In this document: positions 9,966 to 20,824 of the stretch, piece by piece | How positions within the stretch are numbered: position 1 is the first letter of the stretch | Layout of the letters: every line of letters begins with the position of its first letter | Assembly: GCA_021790425.1 (NCBI GenBank) | Contig: JAJYEA010000004.1 | Coordinates: 13,227 to 77,226, forward strand | Length of the DNA stretch: 64,000 nucleotides | Direction: 5' to 3' | Origin: Thermoplasmata archaeon | Lineage (GTDB): Archaea > Thermoplasmatota > Thermoplasmata > Lutacidiplasmatales > UBA184 | Program-made: the position numbers and the translations under genes | Notes under the pieces: generated by a model | Seen by the model: only the letters and a program-made list of their open reading frames with translations | What the model was told of the DNA's origin: nothing | Databases searched by the model: none

Positions 9966-10535
9966 CTACGCGGGGTGGCGCACGGTGCGGAGCGCCTTGG
10001 ACCAGGAGACCACCTGGTCGAGCATCATCCGCACGCGGTCCTCGGAGCCGGCCCGGGGCTTGAACGTGCGATACTGCTCGAAGTCGTCGCTCAGCGAGAA
10101 GAACGGGTTCATGCGGACATCCGCCACCTGCACCTCGGCCATCACCTGGCGCAGCTGTTCTACGGCGCGCACGCCTCCCGCGCTCCCGTAGCTCACGAAG
10201 CCCGCGGCCTTGTTGTTCCACTCGGCGTACACGAAGTCGATCGCGTTCTTGAGCGCGCCGGGGACGCCGTGGTTGTACTCGGGGGTCACGAAGACGAAGC
10301 CGTCGTAGGAGGCCACCTTCTCGGCCCAGGCCCGCGTGTGGGCGTGCTGGTACTTGCCCATGGAGGGCGGGATGGGCTCGTCAAAGAGGGGAAGGTGCTG
10401 GTCGGCGATATCGAGGAGCTCGAAGGTCGCGTCGGTCCTCGTCTGCGCGATCCCGAGCACCCACTGGGCCACCTGCTCGGAGACGCGCCCGGGGCGCGTG
10501 CTCCCGCTGATGATGGCGATCCGGAGTCCCGTCAT
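9966..10535 (-). CDS. NAD(P)H-dependent FMN reductase
   Basis: IISGSTRPGR, VTPEYNHGVPGALKNAID, VSYGSAGGVRA. ATG 10535 overlaps the CDGSH stop (ATGA). Confidence 0.9.
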   Translation of the reverse strand: MTGLRIAIISGSTRPGRVSEQVAQWVLGIAQTRTDATFELLDIADQHLPLFDEPIPPSMGKYQHAHTRAWAEKVASYDGFVFVTPEYNHGVPGALKNAIDFVYAEWNNKAAGFVSYGSAGGVRAVEQLRQVMAEVQVADVRMNPFFSLSDDFEQYRTFKPRAGSEDRVRMMLDQVVSWSKALRTVRHPA

Positions 10536-10786
10536 TGGGCGCCAACTCCCTCGGTGGAGGGGGCGTTCTCGATCCGGATGAGCACTGGCTCGAGGTTCCC
10601 GGCCCGCTCCTCGTAACGGTAGAGCTTCCCGGACTGCTCGTGGAGGGTCTTCTTGTGGCTCCCGTCGCAGAAGGGGGCATTCTTCGAGAGCCCGCACCGG
10701 CAAAAGTAGACCGCGTCGCCCGCGGGCAGGTCGGACTTCTGGATCGGTATCGGGGTGTGCTCGCTTCGTTCTACTACTCGTGGCAT
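10532..10786 (-). CDS. CDGSH iron-sulfur domain protein
   Basis: Canonical FCRCGLSKNAPFCDGSH motif. Confidence 0.92.
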   Translation of the reverse strand: MPRVVERSEHTPIPIQKSDLPAGDAVYFCRCGLSKNAPFCDGSHKKTLHEQSGKLYRYEERAGNLEPVLIRIENAPSTEGVGAQ

Positions 10787-10804
10787 CGTTGCACCAATGT
10801 GGCT

Positions 10805-10842
10805 ATAGTTTGTGAAGTATAAAGCTACTGACTATGAAGTCA
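10805..10842. promoter_or_regulatory. Divergent promoter/operator region: TTTATA box (minus, 10818-10823) and two inverted repeats, ATAGTT-N4-AAGTAT (imperfect) and TGACT-N4-AGTCA
   Basis: Read directly from the sequence. The two TGAAGT cores are 22 bp apart and lie between the CDGSH start and the HxlR gene. Confidence 0.55.
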
Positions 10843-10922
10843 AGGAGTCACTCCTCGCTTTCGGAGGAAGCTCTCACTCCGGTTGCGAAAGCATTATCAC
10901 TTCGCTCGGGATAGTGTTGGAC

Positions 10923-11306
10923 ATGTCCCCTCCCAAGTCCCGCGCGGGTTCGAGCGGCGGATGCCCCGTCGAGGAGGTCTTCCGGCTGCTCGGCAAGCCC
11001 TACGTGCTCGCCATCCTGAACTCCTTCGGGGACAAGCCGGGGCCCCAGCGCTTCATCCGGCTCCAGCGCCAGTTGGGGCTCTCCCCCAACACGCTGACCC
11101 AGCGCCTCCGGGAGCTGGTCGATGCCGGGCTCCTCTACCGCGTCCCCTACCATGAGATCCCTCCCCGGGTGGACTACGAGCTGACCGGGAAGGCCCAGGA
11201 GCTCCGCGTGATCTTCGAGGAGCTCCACGCCTGGTCCAAGCGGAACGACCTGAACCCGCTCCCCAACCTGTCCCAGTCCTCCGCCTCCCAGGCGGCGAGG
11301 GCCTGA
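10923..11306 (+). CDS. HxlR/MarR-DUF24 family winged-helix regulator with N-terminal Cys
   Basis: GCPVEEVFRLLGKPY, RF..LQRQL.LSPNTLTQRLREL, EIPPRVDYELT. ATG 10923 preferred over the upstream GTG. Confidence 0.88.
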   Translation: MSPPKSRAGSSGGCPVEEVFRLLGKPYVLAILNSFGDKPGPQRFIRLQRQLGLSPNTLTQRLRELVDAGLLYRVPYHEIPPRVDYELTGKAQELRVIFEELHAWSKRNDLNPLPNLSQSSASQAARA

Positions 11307-11371
11307 GCGCCGGTCCCCCGCCGCTCGCGGGCCGACAACACTATCTGCCGGAACGCGGTTCCCGCACTTCC

Positions 11372-12265
11372 ATGGCCGAAACGCTCCTGCTCCGGTACGG
11401 CGAGCTCGCCCTCAAGTCCGCTCCCGTGCGGCGGGAGTTCGAGGGGCGTCTCCGCGGGAACCTCCTCAAGGCCTTCCTCCGCGCCGGGGTCGAGTGCACG
11501 GTCACGAGCGACCACGGGCATCTCTACCTCGGCGTGGCGGACGCCCGGGAGGCCATCCCGGTCGCGCGACGGGTCTTCGGGCTCGTCTCCGTGAGCCCGG
11601 TGGTCGTGCTCCCCACCGACCTCGATGCCCTCTCGGAGCACGTGGTCCGGCACGCGCGCGACTGGAAGGAGGGGACCCGGTTCGCGATACGGACCCGGCG
11701 GACCGGCACCCATCCGTTCACGAGCCACGACGTGGACGTCCGGCTCGGGGCGGACGTGCTCCGGGCCCTCGAGGACCGCCGGTTCAAGGTCGACCTCACG
11801 GCGCCGGAGGCCGAGATCGAGGTCGAGATCCGCGGACCGCGCACCTACGTCTATACCGAGCGCTTCCCCGGCCCCGGGGGATTCCCCGTCGGGGTGGCCG
11901 GCAACGTGGGCGCCCACGTGACGGGGATCCGCGGCGCGCTCGGGGCCTGGATGATGATGAAGCGGGGGTGCCGGGTCTACCCGGTGGGGAACCCGTCCGA
12001 ACCGGGGCTCCTCGACACGCTCGCCCGGTACGATCCCGACCTCGACATCACCCGGTCCGCCCCGGACGAGGCGGGCGCTTGGACCCTGCTCGGGGAGCTG
12101 GGGGTCCGCTACCGGCTGGCCGGGGTCGCGCTCCCCCTCTCGGTCGAGGAGTACCCCCGGGCGCGCGCGCACTGGGGCGAGACCGTAATCTTTTCTCCCA
12201 CTGTGGGCATGACGGACTCGGAGGTCGAGGCGCGGTGGCACGAGATCGAAGAGCTAGCTCGCTGA
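11372..12265 (+). CDS. ThiI-like THUMP-domain protein with degenerate PP-loop
   Basis: LLRYGELALKS, RRVFGLVSVS, THUMP domain, GPGGFPVG...AWMMMKRG. SGGIDS is replaced by TGIRG. Confidence 0.8.
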   Translation: MAETLLLRYGELALKSAPVRREFEGRLRGNLLKAFLRAGVECTVTSDHGHLYLGVADAREAIPVARRVFGLVSVSPVVVLPTDLDALSEHVVRHARDWKEGTRFAIRTRRTGTHPFTSHDVDVRLGADVLRALEDRRFKVDLTAPEAEIEVEIRGPRTYVYTERFPGPGGFPVGVAGNVGAHVTGIRGALGAWMMMKRGCRVYPVGNPSEPGLLDTLARYDPDLDITRSAPDEAGAWTLLGELGVRYRLAGVALPLSVEEYPRARAHWGETVIFSPTVGMTDSEVEARWHEIEELAR

Positions 12266-12426
12266 CCGCGCCCGCCGCCCGCCAGCTCGACCTCGACCAC
12301 CTCTCCGAGGAGCGGGCCCCGTCCCCTCCGCCCCGCAAGCCCCACGTGGTGGAGCAGCTGCCGTACGCGGAGCGGGTCACGCGCTGGTTCCTCGCCCGGG
12401 AAGAGGCCCTGAAGAAGCGCAAGTGA
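12235..12426 (+). CDS. Putative small protein (about 63 aa)
   Basis: GTG 12235, GC3-rich codons, stop overlaps the ABC ATPase GTG (GTGA). The start is uncertain. Confidence 0.35.
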   Translation: MARDRRASSLTAPAARQLDLDHLSEERAPSPPPRKPHVVEQLPYAERVTRWFLAREEALKKRK

Positions 12427-13331
12427 TCGAGTTCCGGGGGCTGTCCAAGTCCTACACCAAGCGGGGGCGCCCGGCGCTCCTCCCCTTCGAGCTCGAGGTC
12501 CGGAAGGGGGAGATCCTCGGGCTCGTCGGCCTCAACGGGGCGGGGAAGACCACGCTCATCCGGTCCGCGGCCGGCCTCATCCTCCCCACCGCGGGGACGG
12601 TGCTCCTCGACGGGCACGACATCGTCACGGACAAGATCCGGGCCTCCGCCACCGTGGGCTGGGTCTCCGAGTTCCCGAACTTCGAGCCGGGCGCGCGGGC
12701 CGCCGACCTCCTAGAGTACCTCGCCGGCTACAACGGCCTCCGCGGACCGGAGGCCCTCCCGTGGGTGCTCGGCATCCTCCGGCAGGTCGGACTGGAAGGG
12801 GACGAGTGGCAGCGCGTGGGGACCTTCTCCCAGGGCATGAAGAAGCGGTTCGCGCTGGCCACGGCGCTGGTCGCCCGCCCCACCAACCTGCTCTTCGACG
12901 AGCTCCTGAACGGCCTCGATCCGGAGGGCATCCGCTACGTCCGCTCGATGATGCTCACCCTCCGGAAGGAGGGGGCCTCCGTGCTCCTTTCCTCCCACCT
13001 GCTCGGGGAGGTGGAGAACCTCGCGGACCGGATCGCGATCGTCCACGAGGGCCGGCTCCTCGAGGTGCTGCCCCGGGAGGCGCTCCTGAGCTCGCGGGGC
13101 CGGAGCCTCCGCATCGTCCTGCACGGTCCGGGGGACGGCGCCCTCGACTACCTCTCCACTGTCGGCAAGGTGACCGCCGAGGGGACGACCTACCGGATCG
13201 CGGACCCCCGGACGGAGGCGTGGCAGGTCACGGAGGAGCTGGTGCGCCGGGGATTCCACGTGGCGGAGGTCCGGACGGAGCACGAGGACCTCGAGTCCTA
13301 CTTCTTCCGCAGGATCCGGGGGGCCGGATGA
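12423..13331 (+). CDS. ABC transporter ATP-binding protein (ABC-2 exporter type)
   Basis: Walker A GLNGAGKTT, signature FSQGMKKR, Walker B LLFDE, SSH switch. Confidence 0.92.
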   Translation: MIEFRGLSKSYTKRGRPALLPFELEVRKGEILGLVGLNGAGKTTLIRSAAGLILPTAGTVLLDGHDIVTDKIRASATVGWVSEFPNFEPGARAADLLEYLAGYNGLRGPEALPWVLGILRQVGLEGDEWQRVGTFSQGMKKRFALATALVARPTNLLFDELLNGLDPEGIRYVRSMMLTLRKEGASVLLSSHLLGEVENLADRIAIVHEGRLLEVLPREALLSSRGRSLRIVLHGPGDGALDYLSTVGKVTAEGTTYRIADPRTEAWQVTEELVRRGFHVAEVRTEHEDLESYFFRRIRGAG

Positions 13332-14060
13332 ACCCCTTCCTCTTCGACCTGCTGCGCGGCCTGCGGGCGCGCGGGGTCCTGCTCCTCATCGGGTTGACCA
13401 CCGGGCTCGCCCTCACCGTGCTCCTCCTCGGGCTGGGCGCCCTCTCCTCCTCCGGCGCCACCTCGCGCAACGTGAGCGGGTTCGTGGTCAACGCGATGGG
13501 GGCCATCTACGGGTTCTTCGTCCCCGTGCTGGGGATCGTCGCCGCCTACGAGACGTACGGACGGGACCGCGTCACGGGGGTGCTCGAATCCGTCCTCTGC
13601 CGGCCGGTCACCCGCACGGAGCTCATCCTCTCCCGCTTCCTCGCCCTCGTGCTCGCCTCCGCCATCGCGGTGCTCCTCGCCCTCGGGCTCGTCGACCTCG
13701 TCCTCTACGTCGAGACGACGGACACGATCGCCGCCGGGGCCTTCGTGGCGCTCTTCGCGGCCCTGCTCGTCGAGGCGGCGGCGTTCGGAGGGCTCGTCTT
13801 CCTCTTCTCCCACCTCTTCCGGTCGACCGGGGCGCTCCAGGGGACCGCCGTGATCGCCTTCGTCGTCTTCTCCATCATCTGGTACATCCTGGTCATCGTG
13901 ACCATCCTCGCGACGGGGCTCAACAACCCCTACGGGGCGCTCTCGGACATGGTCCTGGCCGACTACTTCAACCCCGCCCAGTACGCCCTGCTCGTGACGG
14001 CCTACGTGGAGCAGTCCTTCTTCTTCGGCCTGGTGCCGGTGGCCTCCTCGAAGGTGGGGC

Positions 14061-15581
<1,521 letters not shown>

Positions 15582-16837
15582 CTTCCCCCGCTCCTCCCGC
15601 GTGCGCGCTCTGCGCTTCCCGCTGCCGGACATAGGCCAACCGGTTGGCGAGGCCGTAGAGGTGTATGAACCCCTCGGCCGCCTCCTGCGGGAAGGTCGAG
15701 GTGCGCTCGTACGTGGCGAGCTCCTTGGCCAGCAGGGAGTAGGCGGACTTGCGTCCCACGACGCGCGCGCTCCCCTGGAAGAGGCGCACGGTCACCTCGC
15801 CCGCCACGGTCTCCTGGGTCTTCTCGATGAAGGCGGAGAGGGCCTCCCGTAGGGGAGTGTACCAGGAGCCTCCGTAGACGAGCTCCCCCCAGCGTTGCTC
15901 GAGGGGGGTCTTCACGGAGCGCACGTCGCGGGGAAGGACGAGCGCCTCGAGCGCCTGGTGCGCCAGGATGAGGGTGATGGCGGCCGGGCACTCGTAGGTC
16001 TCGCGCGACTTGATCCCCACCACGCGGTCCTCCACGTGGTCGATGCGCCCCACACCGTGCTTCCCCGCCGTGGCATTGAGCTCCTGGATGAGGGCGACGA
16101 GCGGGAGCGCCTTGCCGTCCAGCGAGACGGGGACGCCCGACTCGAAGCCGATCGTGACGTCCTGCGGCTCGGAGGGCCAGGTGTCCGGGTGTCCGGTCCA
16201 TTGGAAGACCTCCTCCGGGGGCGCCGTCGCGGCGTCCTCGAGACAACCGCCCTCCACGGAGCGGCCCCAGAGGTTCTCGTCCACCGAGTAGGGGGACTCG
16301 GGCTTGACGTGGATCGCGAGACCGTGCTCGCGGGCGTAGAGGATCTCGTCCGGGCGGTTCATGTTCCACTCGCGCACGGGCGCCACGATGTGGAGGTGCG
16401 GCGCGAGCGTCTGGACGCCCACGTCGAAGCGCACCTGGTCGTTGCCCTTCCCCGTGCATCCATGGGCCACCGTGTCCGCCTTCACCTGCTGCGCCGCCGC
16501 CACCAGGTGGCGGACGATCAGGGGACGGGCCAGCGCGGTCGAGAGGGGATAGACCCCCTGGTAGAGGGCGTTCGCCTTGATCGCGGGAAGGAGGAACTCG
16601 GTCGCGAAGGACTCCTTCGCGTCGACAAAGAGCGCGCCCTTCGCTCCGTTGCGCGTGGCGCGGTCGATGGCGTCACCGAGCTCGCCCTCCTGTCCCACGT
16701 CCACGGTGAGCGTCGTGACCTCCGCCCCGTACTGTTCCTTGATCCAGGGGATGGCCACCGACGTGTCGAGTCCTCCCGAGTAGGCGAGCACCACATGTTC
16801 CAGCTTCTGCGCCATGATTGTTTCTCCGTTCGCTTTC

Positions 16838-17662
16838 CTATCTCTCCTCCACCGTCACCGAGGGAGGAGAGGAAAGGGAGGAGAGCGGTGCCTCCGGGAC
16901 CACGAAGGTCCCGGCGCGGCGCTCGGAGGCGGGCGGCAGGGCATCCTCGAGGCGGCCGATCCAGACCGTGGACGCACCGCCGGCGAGGGCGTGAAGGGCG
17001 GCCCGGAGCTTCGGGACCATGCCGTCCCGGGCGTCCCCGCTCGCGATCAGTCCCTCCGCCGCAGCGGTGGTCAGACGGTCCACCGCGTGGCCGTCGGCAC
17101 CGCGCACCCCGTCCACGTCGGTCACCAAGAGGAGCTCGGCCGAGAGAGAGGCCGCGATCGCGCCCGCCACGAGGTCAGCATTGATGTTCAGTACGCCCCC
17201 GTCGGGGGCAGCGGCCAGGGGAGCGAGGACCGGGACCCGTCCGTCCCCGAGCAGCGTCCCGAGGATCTGCGGAGCGACGCGCGTCGGCTCTCCCACCTGG
17301 CCCAGGCGCCCCTCCTCCGCCACCCGTGCGGTGAGGAGGTCGCCGGAGAGGCCCGTGAGACCGACGGGGGAGAGCCCGGCCGCGCGGAGCGCGGCGACCA
17401 GGCGGACGTTGACCTCCCCGGCCAGCACCTGGGTGACGAGGGGCATCACCTCCGGCGTCGTGACGCGCTGCCCGTCGACCTTGAGGGTGGCGATCCCGAG
17501 GCGGCCGGCGAGGGCCGTCACCTCGTCCCCACCCCCGTGCACGATGATGAGGCGGTGGCCGGCGCGCACCATGCCCCCCGCCCACGCCGCGAAGGCGCGG
17601 ACCCCGAGCCCGGGGGCGATCTCCCGGCCTCCGATCTTGACCACGAGGATATCGTTCTCCAT
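16838..17662 (-). CDS. argB: Acetylglutamate kinase
   Basis: VVKIGG, VHGGG, GQRVT, LNINADLVA, TDVDGV, GMVPKL; located in the arg operon. Confidence 0.9.
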   Translation of the reverse strand: MENDILVVKIGGREIAPGLGVRAFAAWAGGMVRAGHRLIIVHGGGDEVTALAGRLGIATLKVDGQRVTTPEVMPLVTQVLAGEVNVRLVAALRAAGLSPVGLTGLSGDLLTARVAEEGRLGQVGEPTRVAPQILGTLLGDGRVPVLAPLAAAPDGGVLNINADLVAGAIAASLSAELLLVTDVDGVRGADGHAVDRLTTAAAEGLIASGDARDGMVPKLRAALHALAGGASTVWIGRLEDALPPASERRAGTFVVPEAPLSSLSSPPSVTVEER

Positions 17663-17672
17663 CGAGGTACCT

Positions 17673-18932
17673 TCAGGTGCGGTAGTGGGCGTTGATGTGG
17701 ACGTATCCGTAGGAGAGGTCGCATCCCCAGGCCGTCGCGCTCGCCGGACCCGGCCCGAGGTTCACCTCGAGGACGACCTCGTCGAGCTGTTGGAGCAGCG
17801 TGTGCATCTTGGCCCCGACCCCGTTGTCGAGGCCGGGAACGGGCGTCCCGCCGGCGATGAGGGGCCAGCGGCGGCCGCGGGCGCTCAGGCCCACGTCCAG
17901 GCGGGACGGATCGAACGACGCCCCCGAGTAGCCCAGGGCGCAGGCGATGCGCCCCACGTTGGGGTCGGCCCCGAAGAGCGCGGTCTTCACGAGCACGGAG
18001 CGGGCGACGGCCTTCGCGGCCGAGCGGGCCTCCGCCTCCTCGCGTGCGCCCGAGACGCGGACGGTGAGGAGCTTCGTGGCACCCTCTCCATCGCGCGCGA
18101 TCGCGCGGGCCAGGGACTCGAGGACGTGGCCCACGGCGGCACGGAAGGCGGGGTCCTCGTCGGCCGGGGCCCCTCCGGCACGGCCGTTCGCCAACGCGAG
18201 GATCGTGTCGTTCGTGGAGGTGTCGCCGTCCACGCTGAGCATGTTGAAGGTGCGGTCGGCCTCCGGCCAGAGGACGCCCCGGAGCCCCTGGGGGCTCACG
18301 ACGGCGTCGGTCGTCACGAAGGCGAGCGTGGTGGCGTGCGGCGGGCCCAGGGACGGCGCGATCATCCCGCTCCCCTTGGCCATCCCGCCGACCCGGACCT
18401 TCGTCCCGTCGGCGAGGCGGACCGACACGGCCGCCTCCTTCGTCGCGGTGTCCGTCGTGAGGATGGCGGCGGCCGCACGGGAGGCGCCCGCACGGTCGGC
18501 GGAGAGGTCGGCCACGGCCTGTCCGAGGTGGCCCTGAACGAGGGGGACGGGGATGCGCGGGCCGATCATCCCGGTGGCCGCGTGCAGGAGCGAGCGGGGG
18601 GGAAGACCGACGGCGTTCTCGGCGAGACGGATGACCTCCTGGCTGTCCTGGTAGCCCTCCGGGCCGGTGAGGGCGTTCGCCACGCCGCTCACGACGACGA
18701 CCCCGCGGGCGCCGGTCGGGTTGCCCCGGAGCAGCTCCTCGCTCAGCACGACCGGTGCGGCCCGCACGCGGTTCGTCGTGAAGAGACCCGCGGCCGTGGC
18801 CGGGGTGTCGGAGACGAGGAGCGCGAGGTCCGGGCGGTGGGAGCGCTTGATCCCGGCCGCGACGCCGCTCGCGCGGTAGCCCGTGGGGAAGGTCACTCCG
18901 CCGTCCTGGGGGACCGGACGACCGGCGCTCAT
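17673..18932 (-). CDS. argJ: Ornithine acetyltransferase / N-acetylglutamate synthase
   Basis: GYRASGVAAGIK, FTTNRVRAAPV, GMAKGSGMI, ATTLAFVTTD, SVDGDTSTND, IARDGEGATK, WGCDLSYGYVHINAHY. ATG 18932 overlaps the argC stop. Confidence 0.93.
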   Translation of the reverse strand: MSAGRPVPQDGGVTFPTGYRASGVAAGIKRSHRPDLALLVSDTPATAAGLFTTNRVRAAPVVLSEELLRGNPTGARGVVVVSGVANALTGPEGYQDSQEVIRLAENAVGLPPRSLLHAATGMIGPRIPVPLVQGHLGQAVADLSADRAGASRAAAAILTTDTATKEAAVSVRLADGTKVRVGGMAKGSGMIAPSLGPPHATTLAFVTTDAVVSPQGLRGVLWPEADRTFNMLSVDGDTSTNDTILALANGRAGGAPADEDPAFRAAVGHVLESLARAIARDGEGATKLLTVRVSGAREEAEARSAAKAVARSVLVKTALFGADPNVGRIACALGYSGASFDPSRLDVGLSARGRRWPLIAGGTPVPGLDNGVGAKMHTLLQQLDEVVLEVNLGPGPASATAWGCDLSYGYVHINAHYRT

Positions 18933-19960
18933 GGTCCCAGCCCTCCGGCGGTGAGCCCGGCGGTCTCGGGAAGCCCCATCATGAGGTTCGCGTTCTGGAT
19001 CGCCTGGCCCGCCCCTCCCTTGACCATGTTGTCCAAGGCGCTGTAGACCACCCCGGAGGGAGCCGAGGCCTCCGTGGCGAGGAGGCACTGGTTCGAGCCG
19101 ACGACCCACGGGAGACGGGGAACCGGCCCGAGGCGGACGAAGGCGGACGCGGCGTAGGCGTCCCGGAGCAGCGAGGGCCACTCTTCGGTCGCCTCCCTCG
19201 CCATCCCGGGAGCGTAGATCGAGCAGAGGAGACCGCGCACGACGGGGACGAGGTGCGGGACGAAGGTCACGGCCGGGCCACCGTCCGCGGACCCCGGCGC
19301 CAGCTCGGCGAGGGCCTGGCGGATCTCGGGGGCGTGCCGGTGGTGTCCGCCGCCGTACGGGGTGACGGAGGCGCCCGCCTGGGCGTGGTGGGTCGCTTCC
19401 GTCGGGGAGCCGCCGGCACCGGAGGTGCCGCTCTTGGCGTCCACGACCACGTGGGCGGGGAGCGCGCCGCGGCGGAGGAGGGGAAGGAGCGCGAGGAGCG
19501 TCGCCGTCGGATAGCACCCGGGGTTGGCGACGAGCGTCGCGGAGGCGATCGCCTCGCGGTGGTGCTCGGTCAGTCCGTAGACGGCCCGCGCGAGCCCGTC
19601 CGGGTCGGTGTGGGGGCGGCCGTACGTGGCCTCGTAGAGGTCCGCCGACTTGAGGCGATAGTCGGGCCCGAGGTCCACGACACGGATGCCCCGTTCGAGA
19701 AGGCCCGGGACCACCCGCAGCGCCTCGCCCGCGGGAAGGGCGAGGAGGGCGATGTCGACGTCGAGCGCGGAGGCGGTGGCATCCAGGACCAGCGAGCGAC
19801 CATCGGCGATCCAGGGGAAGACGGAGCCGAGCGTCTGGCCCGCGTGGCTCTGCGAGACCACCTGGGTGAGCTCGAGCGAAGGGTGCGAGGAGAGCAGGCG
19901 GATGGCCTCGCCCCCCAGATACCCGCTGCCGCCGACGACGCCGATCCGGCCCTTTGCCAC
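18929..19960 (-). CDS. argC: N-acetyl-gamma-glutamyl-phosphate reductase
   Basis: IGVVGGSGYLG, VANPGCYPT, DAKSGTSGAG, HRHAPEI, LDNMVKGGAGQAIQNAN. GTG 19960 with AGAGGA RBS. Confidence 0.93.
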   Translation of the reverse strand: MAKGRIGVVGGSGYLGGEAIRLLSSHPSLELTQVVSQSHAGQTLGSVFPWIADGRSLVLDATASALDVDIALLALPAGEALRVVPGLLERGIRVVDLGPDYRLKSADLYEATYGRPHTDPDGLARAVYGLTEHHREAIASATLVANPGCYPTATLLALLPLLRRGALPAHVVVDAKSGTSGAGGSPTEATHHAQAGASVTPYGGGHHRHAPEIRQALAELAPGSADGGPAVTFVPHLVPVVRGLLCSIYAPGMAREATEEWPSLLRDAYAASAFVRLGPVPRLPWVVGSNQCLLATEASAPSGVVYSALDNMVKGGAGQAIQNANLMMGLPETAGLTAGGLGP

Positions 19961-20057
19961 GCCCGTGTTTCCTCTGAGGAGGTGGTAGCGTTCTCCCGGA
20001 CTATCAACGCGGTGTCGGGAGAGCGACACCGTGACGGGATTCGGTCCCCCAGTCGTC

Positions 20058-20777
20058 TCAGGGACGCTTGCGCGACTCGGGGCCCGGCCCGTTGTCGTTC
20101 GCGTCGTGGTGGATCATCTCGCCCACCAGTTGGAAGGCGTTCAGCAGCTCGGACTCCTCGAGCACGAACGTGCTCTCCGTGTGCGAGCTCACGATCTCGA
20201 GCGCGTTGATCCCGCGGCGGGCGAGGGCGTTCGCCAGATAGGCGAGCACCCCGGGCGTCTCGACGATCGAGAGCGGGGACCGGATCGTGAGCGAGGCGAG
20301 GCCGCGGTGGATCTGGATGACATGGTCCTTCCCGAGCCCGGAGATCACGCTCGGGAGGAGGTCGTCCTCGAGCAGGATCGTGAGCGCCCCCTGTCCCTGG
20401 ATGAGCTGGAGGAGGTGGCGGCGGTCCTTCAGGAGCTCTCCCGCCGCCTCGTCGACCCGGAGGAGGACCTCCCAGTCGTTCCGGGCGTTGATCATGGCCA
20501 CCTTCGTGCGGACCTCGATCCGGCTCCCGCGGATGACCTCCATCAAGCGCTCGTCGGCGTGCGACTCCTTCTGCATCTGGCGCTGGTAGCGGCGGCAGGC
20601 CACGGTGACGGCCTCCTCGTTCCGGAGCCCCTTCTCCTCGAGGATCCGGCGCGCGAGCGCGGTGAAGTTGATGACGTCCCAGGCCAGGCAGTCCCGGATG
20701 GCGGGGTGCTCGTCAATGTAGCGGCGCGTGATGTCCGCGGCGGTCGGGCCGGGGGCCGTATCGGCAGGACGTGGCAT
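20058..20777 (-). CDS. Archaeal ACT-domain protein (helical/HTH-like N-terminus + C-terminal ACT); putative amino-acid-sensing regulator
   Basis: N-terminus HPAIRDCLAWDVINFTALARRI; C-terminal ACT ETPGVLAYLANALARRGINALEIVSSHTE. Confidence 0.75.
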   Translation of the reverse strand: MPRPADTAPGPTAADITRRYIDEHPAIRDCLAWDVINFTALARRILEEKGLRNEEAVTVACRRYQRQMQKESHADERLMEVIRGSRIEVRTKVAMINARNDWEVLLRVDEAAGELLKDRRHLLQLIQGQGALTILLEDDLLPSVISGLGKDHVIQIHRGLASLTIRSPLSIVETPGVLAYLANALARRGINALEIVSSHTESTFVLEESELLNAFQLVGEMIHHDANDNGPGPESRKRP

Positions 20778-20824
20778 CGGCGGTCGGAAACGCCCCCGGG
20801 GGCTTCAAGATATCCCCCGGTCGG

